NCBI GenBank assembly: GCA_002505455.1
Contig: DAVB01000027.1
Location: forward strand, 4,134-55,780
Direction: 5' to 3'
Origin: Euryarchaeota archaeon UBA52
GTDB lineage: Archaea > Thermoplasmatota > Poseidoniia > Poseidoniales > Thalassarchaeaceae
DNA length: 51,647 bases
The position numbers were made by a program, and so were the translations under genes. Of the stretch, positions 1 through 11,100 are shown piece by piece. The notes beneath the pieces are model-generated. The model did not search any database. It had not been told where the DNA came from and worked only from the letters and a program-made list of their open reading frames with translations. Within the stretch, counting starts at the first letter, position 1, and each line of letters opens with the position of its first letter.

Positions 1-368
1 GGAGCCGATGAAACCCCTGACTTGGCCTTCGTTGCTTTCTTAGCCCATTCCTTTGCTTTATCGCCCCTCTGCTTTGAATTATATCCTGTTGCCTCATCGA
101 GAAACTGTGTCCATCGCTTTCTGGCATCCATCGCGGCGCGCATCGCATCCGGATCGTCAAAATTCGGAGGAACGTTCGTTACATCCACAATCAGCGCACC
201 TGAATCATCATACTTTCCTTCGATTGAGGTCATGATCCCGTGAGAAGCCAAAAATGCCTGTGAGTCGGTTTTTTCGACATTGTCGAAATATCTCTTTGCC
301 AGGGACGATAGGCCCCCGTCTGCTGTCACTGTCTTGACTACTCCTCGCTTTACATCGAAGCGCTCCAT
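1..368 (-). CDS. DUF5611-like conserved archaeal protein (3' end runs off the window)
   Basis: Not in the ORF track. Hand translation from ATG 368 gives MERFDVKRGVVKTV...RKRWTQFLDEATGYNSKQRGDKAK, open to the window edge. The W..FL.EATGY..K.R pattern resembles DUF5611. Confidence 0.7.
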   Translation of the reverse strand, partial: MERFDVKRGVVKTVTADGGLSSLAKRYFDNVEKTDSQAFLASHGIMTSIEGKYDDSGALIVDVTNVPPNFDDPDAMRAAMDARKRWTQFLDEATGYNSKQRGDKAKEWAKKATKAKSGVSSA

Positions 369-454
369 GTGCCGTGGGATGTCCGAAGGGATTTGAAGGC
401 TGTCCGTAGTAGGCTGGTCTACCTGCTAAACGCAGTGGCTAAGCAGTATGAGGC

Positions 455-1582
455 GTGCCGAGCATCATGGCCGCAAGGTTGCTTGTGTTTCTGATGTTGC
501 TGGGAATGGTCCCTACAGCAATTGCAGAAGATGGCTCTGTGGTGAGGATTGATCACTCATTTACTTTGATAGAATATGATCCGGGCATAGAAGATGCTGC
601 TATTCATCCGGCTTCGAATTGGGTCGTGGTCGTAGGTGCAGAAGGATATGCTTTGTCGATGGATAAGTCATCTCCAAGCACCATGATTCCCCTTGCAAAT
701 ATTCTTGATTCGGACTTATTAGATTCGGATTATCACCCTGGTGGCAATACAGCACTGATTGTGGGAGAAAACGGTTCAGTCCTGAGGTATGCGGTTTCCG
801 ACCATTCGATAGAGAGAGCGACACCGGCCCAAACCGTGGGGTATGACGATATGCAGGCCGTGTCCTGGAATGCGAATGGGGAGTGGGCGTATCTGGGGAG
901 TTCGGATGGCACCTTGTATCGCATGCGTCCATCGGGAAACGGTAGTTCGGAGGTTTTGCCCATACCAGGCACTGGTGGCTCGTCAATATCGAGCATAGAC
1001 TGTCTGCCTGATCCATTTGTGTGTTTGGTGGCATCCGCTGAGGAAGGTATTGGAATGATCGATAGGGACCACGTCCTATCTTGGATTGGGGGGAGTGGCT
1101 CATCCTGGGCAGATATTGTTTGCAGGTCTGGTGGGGAGCCTGTTTGTGTTGCAATATCCATGGATCGTTCGATTGCGGAGATTGAATTTGAATCAGGCGT
1201 AGTTGGGCTGAGCATGCAGGCGCTGGAAGGATTCGATGGGACGCCCCGCTCTGTATCATTGGTCTCTTCCGAGCAAATTCTAATCACGGCGACGCCTGCT
1301 GAAATCATGGAACATCGGCCCCCGGGGCATGACACATTCACGTGGCTCACCAACGAAGCTGTAGTTAGCCAATCATTCGGCGTAAGTGGCTCTACCATAA
1401 CAGGAGTATGGGCGGGGGATGACGGGGATCATTGGATTATAACGCGGGACGGGACTGTTGCTTTGCTAGTTCCCGAAGAGGTAGGCGTAGCTCAAGGACT
1501 GCCGAGATTAGTGACCATGCTATCATTTGGAATCATGGGCGTGATGGCAATTGGGATATGGTCTACTAGATCTGGTAGATGA
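455..1582 (+). CDS. Secreted, C-terminally membrane-anchored WD40/YVTN-like beta-propeller protein
   Basis: N-terminal signal peptide, repeated blade-like motifs (AAIHPASNWVVVVG, DYHPGGNTALIVG, VSWNANGEWAYLG) and a C-terminal hydrophobic helix. The true start may be the downstream in-frame ATG (MAAR). Confidence 0.65.
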   Translation: MPSIMAARLLVFLMLLGMVPTAIAEDGSVVRIDHSFTLIEYDPGIEDAAIHPASNWVVVVGAEGYALSMDKSSPSTMIPLANILDSDLLDSDYHPGGNTALIVGENGSVLRYAVSDHSIERATPAQTVGYDDMQAVSWNANGEWAYLGSSDGTLYRMRPSGNGSSEVLPIPGTGGSSISSIDCLPDPFVCLVASAEEGIGMIDRDHVLSWIGGSGSSWADIVCRSGGEPVCVAISMDRSIAEIEFESGVVGLSMQALEGFDGTPRSVSLVSSEQILITATPAEIMEHRPPGHDTFTWLTNEAVVSQSFGVSGSTITGVWAGDDGDHWIITRDGTVALLVPEEVGVAQGLPRLVTMLSFGIMGVMAIGIWSTRSGR

Positions 1583-1634
1583 AATCGAAGTGCGAACCTT
1601 GAAGGGACTCTGCCTCGGCGGATGAATTGATATT

Positions 1635-2807
1635 ATGGGATACGAGGCACTCGACTTCTACGATGTTGATTCACTCCTTACAGACGAAGAGCGCATGATT
1701 CGCGATGTCGTGAGAGACTGGGTGGATGAATCCGTCATCCCAAAAATAGAGAATGCTTGTAGAGAAGGAGTCTTCCTAGATGAATGGCGCCAAGAGATTG
1801 GCGGCATGGGAATATTAGGGGCTCCGTTGAAGGGGTATGGGTGCCCCGGGCTTTCTTACACCGCATATGGCGTAATTTGCCGGGAATTGGAAAGAGGGGA
1901 TAGCGGGATCAGATCTTTCGCGAGTGTGCAAGGTTCTCTGGCGATGTACCCAATATGGGATTTCGGAAGCGAGGAGCAAAAAGAGAAGTATCTGCCCAAG
2001 ATGGCAACTGGAGAATTGATCGGTTGCTTTGGATTGACTGAGCCAGATTACGGTTCGAATCCTGGCGACATGGTGACCAAAGCCGAAGAAGATGGTGATC
2101 ACTATATTCTGAATGGGGCGAAGATGTGGATAACGAATGGGACTATTGCTGACTTGGCAATCGTATGGGCCAAATTAGATGGAGTCATCAGAGGTTTCAT
2201 TGTTGAGAAGGGGGACAAGGGCTTCTCCGCACCAGAGATGAAGGGGAAGCACTCCCTGAAGGCTAGCGTTACATCCGAACTCGTATTCCAAGACTGCAGG
2301 ATTCCGAAAGATAGGATTCTGCCGGGCGTCAAAGGGCTCAGAGGGCCTTTTTCATGCCTTAACAATGCAAGGTATGGAATCTCATGGGGCGCGGTTGGTG
2401 CTGCTCAGTCATGCTTCGACTCAGCCAGAAGCTATGCGATGAGTCGGATTCAGTTCGATCATCCCATAGCGGCTTATCAGTTGGTGCAGAATAAACTGGC
2501 TTGGATGCTTCGCGAGATTACGAAAGCGCAACTTCTTGCATACCACTTGGGCGTCAAGAAAGACTCAGGAGAGTGGGTGCCCGAGCACATCTCTCTTGCA
2601 AAAATGAACAATGTCGACATAGCTCTAGAGATTGCGCGTGTCGCCAGAGATATCCACGGTGCTAATGGCATATTGGACGAATACCCCGTCATGCGCCACA
2701 TGGCTAATCTTGAATCTGTCAAGACGTATGAGGGGACTCATGACATACACAACCTGATACTAGGACGTCACATAACCGGTATTCAGGCTTTTACAAGAGA
2801 AGCCTGA
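1635..2807 (+). CDS. gcdH: Acyl-CoA dehydrogenase, glutaryl-CoA dehydrogenase-like
   Basis: ELERGDSGIRSFASVQGSL, GCFGLTEPDYGS, GAKMWITNG and YEGTHDIH are typical of the GCDH subfamily. Confidence 0.85.
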   Translation: MGYEALDFYDVDSLLTDEERMIRDVVRDWVDESVIPKIENACREGVFLDEWRQEIGGMGILGAPLKGYGCPGLSYTAYGVICRELERGDSGIRSFASVQGSLAMYPIWDFGSEEQKEKYLPKMATGELIGCFGLTEPDYGSNPGDMVTKAEEDGDHYILNGAKMWITNGTIADLAIVWAKLDGVIRGFIVEKGDKGFSAPEMKGKHSLKASVTSELVFQDCRIPKDRILPGVKGLRGPFSCLNNARYGISWGAVGAAQSCFDSARSYAMSRIQFDHPIAAYQLVQNKLAWMLREITKAQLLAYHLGVKKDSGEWVPEHISLAKMNNVDIALEIARVARDIHGANGILDEYPVMRHMANLESVKTYEGTHDIHNLILGRHITGIQAFTREA

Positions 2808-2855
2808 TTCCGTTGTATTGATAGGACTGCTGCCGAGGCGACATATGGTGATCGC

Positions 2856-3611
2856 GTGAAGGTGGCCGTTCTAATCAAACAAGTACCAGACACAACAGCA
2901 AGAATCAGCATAGCCGGCGGATCGGTTGATGAAGGCTCCATATCGAAGTGGACAATCAGCCCGTATGATGAGTATGCTCTTGAAGCCGCTCTTAAGTTAC
3001 AGAGCGAATCAGGGGCGAAGGTGGTTGCGATTACGCTTGGGCCACAGCGTTCTTCCAAGTCTCTTATCGATGCTGCAGCAGTTGGCGCTGATGAGCTAAT
3101 GCATGTATTGTACGAGGGGGACGCGGGATCATTGTCGCTCCAAAGTGCTCTGGCAGCTGCTGTCCGTAAATCAGAGGCAGATATCGTTCTAGCAGGCAAG
3201 CAAGCGGCGGATACGAACTCTGGCTCCACAGCACCGGGCGTTGCACAAATGCTTGGTCTACCCTGTGTGGGCCTTGTATCGGAAGTAAAGGCGGTTGACG
3301 GTAACTTCGTGGCCACTCGCTCGACTTCTTCGGGGATGGAACGTGTTTCTGTGAGTGGGTCATGCGTATTTGCATTCGACAAGGGTGATGAAGAGCTTCG
3401 TAGACCGAACGTAAGAGGTATCATGATGGCTAAAAAGAAGCCCATAGAAACACTATCTCCTGCTGATCTTGGTATTTCCATGGAAAGTGGTGGTGTGAAT
3501 CTTGAATCGGTAGGATACCCTCCAGAGAAGCCTGCCGGGCAGACATTCCAAGGAGCGGCTTCCGCCTCTGAAGTCGTAACCAAACTGAGAGAAGAGGCGA
3601 ACGTAATCTGA
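2856..3611 (+). CDS. etfB: Electron transfer flavoprotein beta subunit
   Basis: VLIKQVPDT, SPYDEYALEAA, LAGKQAAD and RRPNVRGIMMAKKK. GTG start after a GGTGA Shine-Dalgarno (SD) sequence. Confidence 0.93.
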   Translation: MKVAVLIKQVPDTTARISIAGGSVDEGSISKWTISPYDEYALEAALKLQSESGAKVVAITLGPQRSSKSLIDAAAVGADELMHVLYEGDAGSLSLQSALAAAVRKSEADIVLAGKQAADTNSGSTAPGVAQMLGLPCVGLVSEVKAVDGNFVATRSTSSGMERVSVSGSCVFAFDKGDEELRRPNVRGIMMAKKKPIETLSPADLGISMESGGVNLESVGYPPEKPAGQTFQGAASASEVVTKLREEANVI

Positions 3612-3623
3612 GGAGGTCATGGC

Positions 3624-4541
3624 ATGAGTGTAACAATCGTTTCAGAACCGCATGAAGAAGGAATGCATCCAACTTTGCCACAATTGGTGAAGGCGGCATC
3701 GATCATTGGTCAATCTTGTACGGTAATCATGCCTGGCGGAAATGGTGCCGATGAGGCATCGAAGATACAAGGCGTTGAGAAGGTAATAAAACTCAATGGG
3801 GCCTGTTTTTCAGTATTTGACTCATCGTCCTGGTCGACAGCAATATCCGGTCTCGTCGACGGTACTGTCCTGATGGCCACTACTCCCACGGGGAGGGAGC
3901 TTTCAGCGAGCATAGCAGCAAGCCTCGGACGCCCAGTTATCCAGGATGTGACTGCTATAGCCCCTGGCGTAAAGGTCGAGAGGCCCGCTTACTCCGGTAA
4001 AGCTGTAGAAAGCATCTCCGTGAGTGGCGACGCAGTCATCACAATCCGTCCGAATGCAATTGAATCGGCAGAATCAGGAGGTTCGGCAGATATTTCGACG
4101 GTTGATTCCGGGGAGAACTTGAGGATCGCAATCTTGGAGGCTATTGCCAAAGCGGGAGAGCGTCTTGACGTATCGGAGGCCGACATCATAATTTCAGGAG
4201 GCAGGGGCCTTGGAGATCGTTCCAATTTTGAAAAATTAGAATCTGTTGCTGATTCGCTTGGTGCCGCGGTGGGGGCTAGTCGTGCGGTTGTAGATGAATG
4301 GGGGCTTCCGCACAGCATGCAAGTTGGACAAACGGGGAAGACCGTTACTCCTTCCCTCTACATCGCAGTTGGCATATCAGGTGCGATTCAGCATCTAGCT
4401 GGAATGCGATCAAGCAGGTACATTCTCGCCATAAACAAAGACCCTGAAGCACCGATCTTCGGTGTTGCAGACTATGGAATCGTTGCCCAGTGGGAAGACG
4501 CGCTTCCGATTTTACATGAGGCCATCAAGTCTCTTCCGTGA
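3624..4541 (+). CDS. etfA: Electron transfer flavoprotein alpha subunit
   Basis: ADIIISGGRG, VGASRAVVD and QVGQTGKTVTPSLYIAVGISGAIQHLAGM. GGAGG SD upstream. Confidence 0.95.
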   Translation: MSVTIVSEPHEEGMHPTLPQLVKAASIIGQSCTVIMPGGNGADEASKIQGVEKVIKLNGACFSVFDSSSWSTAISGLVDGTVLMATTPTGRELSASIAASLGRPVIQDVTAIAPGVKVERPAYSGKAVESISVSGDAVITIRPNAIESAESGGSADISTVDSGENLRIAILEAIAKAGERLDVSEADIIISGGRGLGDRSNFEKLESVADSLGAAVGASRAVVDEWGLPHSMQVGQTGKTVTPSLYIAVGISGAIQHLAGMRSSRYILAINKDPEAPIFGVADYGIVAQWEDALPILHEAIKSLP

Positions 4542-5145
4542 TTCTTAGTGCTACCATCGCGATGTGATCTACGTCAGAGATTCTGACGTCATATCTGTTT
4601 ACCGACCATCTTGATCCTTTGGCCATCCACGATTTTCCATCGTGCGTGATGTCCTTCGAAATTGACATGCCGATACCAAGAGCTTTCGAAATGGCCTCTT
4701 TCGACATCCATATTCGAAGTCTTGAGTGTTCGTCTTGAGGATCGTTTTGTTCCTCCTCGTTCAATATCAGATTCAATGCGCCCTGCGATATTTTTCGATC
4801 TTTAGGTTCCAAATCCACCCCCACATGCACATCAGGAGGCGTCATCACAGCCACAGCCCCATAATCTGAATGTGAGATGCTACATCTCGCAAAGATTCGC
4901 CCGTCACGAGATATACATCCCCCGGCGCCGTGCACTATTTGCAATTCGTCTCCTTCTTTAGCCTGAGAGATCTTCGAGAGAGCGAATCTTCCAGAAATAT
5001 GGTGTAATCTTCGTTTAGAGCTCTTGGAAGCCATTATTTTTGGATCTAGGAGAGGTGGACTGTTTGTCTCTTCAGCACAGACAGAATGCTCCGCGAAATG
5101 AATCATCAGTGATTCTTGATTCGATACAGGAGCGTAATGGAGCAT
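4525..5145 (-). CDS. 4'-phosphopantetheinyl transferase (Sfp/EntD type)
   Basis: SISHS, VGVDLE and WMSKEAISKALGIG match the PPTase (V/I)G(V/I)D and WxxKEAxxK motifs. Starts 5 nt after the PKS stop; an alternative ATG lies at 5106. Confidence 0.88.
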   Translation of the reverse strand: MLHYAPVSNQESLMIHFAEHSVCAEETNSPPLLDPKIMASKSSKRRLHHISGRFALSKISQAKEGDELQIVHGAGGCISRDGRIFARCSISHSDYGAVAVMTPPDVHVGVDLEPKDRKISQGALNLILNEEEQNDPQDEHSRLRIWMSKEAISKALGIGMSISKDITHDGKSWMAKGSRWSVNRYDVRISDVDHIAMVALRITEET

Positions 5146-5150
5146 ATTCC

Positions 5151-8100
5151 CTACTCCGCATCTAACAAACCTGGGCGCTCGCCGACATCCAAGAAAGCCA
5201 TTGGTTTCATCATGAGTCCATCGATTTTGAGCACAGGGGCGCCATCGAGTCTTATCACTGAATCATGCAGGGTGGAAGAGTCGGATGAAGACCCTGTTCT
5301 AACGGACAAGACAGTTATCGAACCATCTGGAATCTCATCTAACAGTACTATCCTACGTGCACCCACTGGGAGCGAGTCGGCGCCGTCAGTATCCATTGAG
5401 GTTAGGCCAGCTGCCTGGAAACATGACTCGATGAGCATTGGATGCGCTATCAGTCCGGGTTGTTCTTCATCGACCCCCATGTTGAATAATTCCGGATTGG
5501 GGATGTCCCCTATCCCATGAACACGCGCCTCAATACCTCGGCCATTTTCATTCTGGATGGATGCTACCACTCCTATCAAAGGTTGGAATCTTGGTCCGTG
5601 GAACATACGATTGTAGATATCTGCCGAGGCGAGTATTCTGGATCCGTCTTCTTCCTCCGGGATAATATCCGGAATTGGCTCATTTCCCGCAGAAGAGCGC
5701 AATATTGCAATGGCCTTGTGATGAGTTATCGCTTGGTCAAGCCCGCCGGGAGCTATCGACTCTATGGTACAAGAAAATGCAATTTCGGCTCCATCGTGCT
5801 GTATGGGCTCAGCAGTACAGCGTATTTCCTTGATGCCTCTTGTGATTTTCACAGGGATTCCAAATTCGACATCCTCGAAACTAGCAACTTTGCCATTATT
5901 TGAGCACAGACTAACGGTCTCAGCCATCATTTCGAGGGCCATCACCCCGGGGAAGTATGGCACTCCGGATATTGAATGATCATTGAGATATCTGTGCGAA
6001 TCGGGATCCAAACAAATCGAAGTGACCGTCTTTCCATCGACATCACATTTGAGAATCTGCTCAATCATCGGGAAAGTCAGGGGGTCACCATACTCAGAAG
6101 ATGCGCGCGGAGAAAGATTGACTTTTTTCCTTCTTACTGATTTTCTATGGTCCAGAGTGCCCAATTTTCCTGCGATAAGAACCGATGTTCCCACTGATCC
6201 CAATACTTCCTCAACGAACATACGAGCTCCCTCATCAACAGGTATCATATCCACTCCTGCACGATCAAATACAGTCTCTAGCGACCCCCTGGTGGCCATC
6301 CCTGCGCCGGCCCAGGGTGACCAAGCGATTGAGATTGAGACCATATCCTCCGAGAATATCCTAGCGTGTTCTGCGTCCAAAATCCTGTTCGCTGCGCAGT
6401 AGTCTAGTTGAGCCGCATTGCCCAATCTTCCAGCTACGGATGTGAATGAACAGGCGAATCTAACTGGTTGATCTCTAGAAGATAGTGAATCGTAAATCGC
6501 CAGCCAACCGCCTACCTTTACATCCATGACCTTCTTTACGATTTCATCCGACTTCAAGTCGAAAGGAGTGGAGTCCTCGATACCCGCGCCATGCACTATG
6601 CCGGTTATAGGCCCGTGATTACTGATGATTGAGTCGATCGCTGAATCTACGGACGATCTTGATGTGACATCCACGGAGACGTATTCTGCGGTGGCTCCAG
6701 CGGCTCTGAGTCTCGAAAGGGTAGAATGAATTCCAATGGCTCGTTTTCTGGACTGCCATGCATCCTCCCATTGCTTTAGAGTGGCTTTCCCGGAGCTGCT
6801 GATTGAATCCAGGTGCTTCTTTAGCTGGGCCTTCTCATCCTCCATGGCCCCATCATCTGAATTGGCTAAATTGGCCAATTCCGGATCCAAGGGGGTCCTG
6901 CCGAGCAAAATGAATGTTGGAGAATCAGATTTGTCACTTGATGCGAGGCGTATCATGCATTCTGCGGTGACTCCGGCTGCTCCTCCGCTCACAATCCAGA
7001 CGTCACTAGGGTCTAGGGACATATTGGGAGGAGGTGCATCTGAAATTCTTAGAGCGATTCTTTGTCTCTTGAGGTCGGCGGCAATTCCTACCTCAATAGG
7101 GCCTGTCTTTCTAGTTGCTTCTGCAAGTATTGCGAGGGCAGCAGATTCTGGGTTATCGAGTAATTCAGGACTCAAATCGATCGCCCTGATTGACACTTTT
7201 GGACGCTCTCTACCGTAACTCATTGCAACCCCGTGTATTCCTGCGGCTGCCGAGTTCAGACCCCTTCCATGGAAACCGTGGGCCCCATCTAATGCGGATA
7301 CCGTAACAAATGTTTGAACCTGAACGTCAGGATTTGTGTCGAAGTCTTTCAAGAGTGAATGTGTCGATAGTGCCCAACCCAGCGGTTCTGGGTCGCTGGC
7401 CAATGTCCCTTCTGCGTCTAGGGGGGCGAGATGAATGAGTGTTGTATCCACATTCCTTATCGCTTCGTTTTCACCTTCACCCACGAAGATATGGCTTGTG
7501 CCAAAAGACTGGAGTGTTGCAGATAGGGCGTCGGCTACACCTCTTCGGTCCCTTGTGATTAGAATCTGTGATGGTAGATGGCCCATTGACAATGAGGCCA
7601 TATTCTCGATTTCGATGCTATGTCTGTGAATCTCAGGAGGAGTTTTGCGCTCATCCTTTGCAAGGGTGCCTGGATCATGCACAGGAGTGGTTTCCTTTGC
7701 ATCGAATCCTGACACGTAGGCAACGACATGCCTCAGAGTTGGATGGTCTCTAATCTGAAACTCGTCATCTATCTCCAGATTGAATTCGGTTCTTATGTCC
7801 GACATGATCTCTGCCTGCTTGATCGAATCGATCCCAAGCTCGCCCTCCATGTCTGCATCGATTTCTATGAATTCTTGGGGGTATCCGGTGTGCTGCACTA
7901 CGATTGGGAGGATCCTGGAGAGTGTCTCTTCATCGGATTTTGATTTCACTGTCTCAGCAATTACAGTGCTATTCACATTTGGAACGGGCGCATCAGGAGC
8001 TTGTTGAGTGGTGGAATCTGGCTGCTTGATGGTTTGGGCTCCGTTCATCGAGGAGATGTAAACTAGGATATGGGCTAATGTTGGGTGGTCTCTAAGTTGG

Positions 8101-11100
8101 AATTCTTCATCCAGAGGCAATGCAAATGTCGATCTTATCTCAGCCATGATCTCTGCCTGCTTGATCGAGTCGATCCCAAGCTCGCCCTCCATGTCTGCAT
8201 CCATTTCAATGAATTCTTGGGGGTATCCGGTGAATTCGGCAACGATTTTCAATACTCTGACACGAGTGTCGTCGATATCAGAAGGGATTTTCAAACCAAC
8301 AGATTTTGGCTTAGCTGCTGGGGCTACTTCCGGAGTTTTGACCTTAGTTTGTGGGGCGGATGGTCTGATGTTTTCATCGGGTGTTGGAGAAGCCATTGGT
8401 TCAGAGATGGGTTCTGGAGAATATTTCTCGCCTGCAACGCCGCCAACCAGATTTTCATCAGCATCGACATATGCTACGAGTTTCCTTTTGATGACTCTGA
8501 GGTCGACGTTGGTTCCCCCGCTTGCCTCAAGGGTCCAATTGGATATTCTATCGATGTCGAATCTCTCTGTATCTGAAACAGCGAGTCTGCGCATCAGTGT
8601 GAGTGCTATCTGACTGCCAAAACCTGCGCCGTGCCTCAGTGCGAGGTCTAGTTCATGCTGGCCGCCTTTGCATAGGTTAAGGGTTCCAAGAGCAGGGTCG
8701 TCGACCATATGGTTGGCAACAGGTGGGAGAACCCCTGCAGCGAGGCCTCTGATGACTACTGCATCCTCTAAACCGACGCCCATCGGGTGGCCGGTATACC
8801 CCTTTGCATTGGTGATTAAGATATCAGATGCATTTCTCCCGAATACATGTCGAAGTGCGCTTACCTCGGCTGATGCGGAGCCCCCTCTAGGTGGGGTGTA
8901 TGGCTCATGAGACATGAATGTCATGCGATTGGCCATATTGCTTCTTTCGAGGCCCCACCGGTTCTCCATACGAGAGACAAAGGATTCCATTACAGACGCT
9001 GCATGGTCCGTGTCGAGGCGAGTCGGATGGAATGCGCTGTTGGCAATCTCGGCCCCGAGTAGTTCAACATACGGCATGACCCCTCGATCTTTCGAGTCTT
9101 CGAGTCGCTCCAAGACGAAGCCTGCTCCGCCCATCCCGAGAAGCATGCCATGGCGACGTGCGTCGAAAGGCAACGCAACTTCTTCCACTACATTGCCCAT
9201 CGCATGGGCGCCGGCTCCTGCGAATCCTGAGCCGATCCAAGGCATCAGCGTATCCGATGTGGAGTCGTCACCGCTGACAATTATCACCCTGTCACATCGG
9301 CCTCTTGCCATCCAGTCTTCGGCTATTGCAAATGCTGCTGGAGTTGATGCGCAAGCATTGTTTATTGCCAGATTAGGGCCTCTTGCTCCGATCCATGATG
9401 CGAATTGGCTGTGACCCATGGACAAAACCTGGAGCAGGTATTTCCTATCGAATTGCGACTCTTCCGAAGAGTTCTCCTTCAACGCATGCTCAATTGCTTT
9501 CTCAAGCCCCGGGAAAACTGATGCGAATATCACTCCAGTTCGATCACGCTCACTTTCCGGGAGCGTCCATCTCCGAATTACCCTCATCCCGGAGCTATTG
9601 GTTTGCTCGATAGGGAACAAAGGTAGACCCGCATCCCTCAGGGCCTCGAGTCCTGATGCAAAGGCTAGCGAAGTTGCGACGTCAAAGGCTTCGACCAGCT
9701 TAGGGTCGATGCCATACTGCTCAATCAGATCGAAGACTCCGCCTATACCAGCGAGTTGCGGCACTGTCTCGAACGTATCAGCGGAAACCAATCTCGAGGT
9801 TCCATCCTCGCTTTTTACGAGACGAACGATTCTCTTATCCACTAGTTTTTGCTTCATTTCAGCCGAAATCTCAGAGATCAGATTTCTGCCTGCTAGGATC
9901 GCGTCCCACACTTCCTCATCGAAGACCTCGCTCATTCCAGGCACTCCCAAAGATACCCCACTTACTACAGGAGCCTCTGAGATTGCTGTCTCAAATTTCT
10001 CAGGGGTTGTCTTCGACCCATACCACTCGACTAAGTCTTCTACGACCGAAATTTGCTCGGGTTTTGATCCTGTGAATTTTCCTTTCTTTGAGAGTTTTTC
10101 CACGACTCTGGAAAGCTTTGAATCATCAAGACCTAGTTCCGTTAGGTCTACCCTCCCCTCCAATACATTAGCAGGGTATCCGGTTTCTTCTGCTAGTATT
10201 CTTGCAACCAAATCTGCAGAGTTCGCCATGAGATCGGGAGCTACGACATGGTGGCCAATGCTGTTCTCTCTCTGTGCTGTGGGCAGGGGCCTGGACCGTA
10301 TTCTAAGGGCCTCTAAATCCTTTGACTCTGGGGCCATATCGATATCCGACGGCCTGGACCTAAATTCGGAAGAGAGGATTTCGCTTCCCCACTCATCCAT
10401 GATTGGTTGCTTTCCATTTATTGAAAGGAATGCGAGGGATCCGAGGAATGTTGCTATGCCCCCTACCTTCGGGTGGTTCGTCGTAGAAGATTTGACATCG
10501 CCCCCCAGTATTTCGTTAACCGTAGAGGATAGGGCTCGTTTTGGACCGACCTCTAGGAATAGTCTCGCACCAGCAGCATGCATGGTCCTTATCTGATCTA
10601 TCCAATTTACCGGGGACGACATCTGGGGGGCTAGCTTCCCCAATATGGCTGATCTGACATCCTTAGCCTCCGATGGGTAAAACGAACCGTCCACATTTGC
10701 TGTTATAGGGATATCTGGGAGGGATATGTCAATCGATTCAAGAAATCGCTTCAGCGGGCCATTCGCAGGAGCTACTATATCTGTGTGAAATGCATGACTG
10801 GTTTGCAATGGTATGACTGTTGCTCCGGCATCCGACAGTGCTTTCATGGCTAATCTAACCGCCTCGGTTTCTCCCGCGATTACAGTGGAGTTTGGGCTAT
10901 TTCGATTCGCGGCTATCACGTATCCATCAATCTGTCCGATTGTCTCCAAGACGCTTCCCTCGGGAGCTCCGATAGCAGCCATGAGTCCTGGGTCCGGTAC
11001 GTCCACTGAACCCATCTCAGTCCCTCTGGCTGCTGCTGCCCTCATTGCGTCTTGGAAGCTCAGAATTCCTGATACCATCAAGGCGGCATACTCTCCAAGA

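Noticed and set aside
22-243. Short plus-strand ORFs 22..243 and 53..235
   Set aside because: Antisense to a more convincing minus-strand DUF5611-like CDS.
9418-10596. 392-aa plus-strand ORF and other long antisense ORFs over the PKS
   Set aside because: Ser-rich shadow frames exactly antisense to a motif-rich gene, with no recognisable domains.
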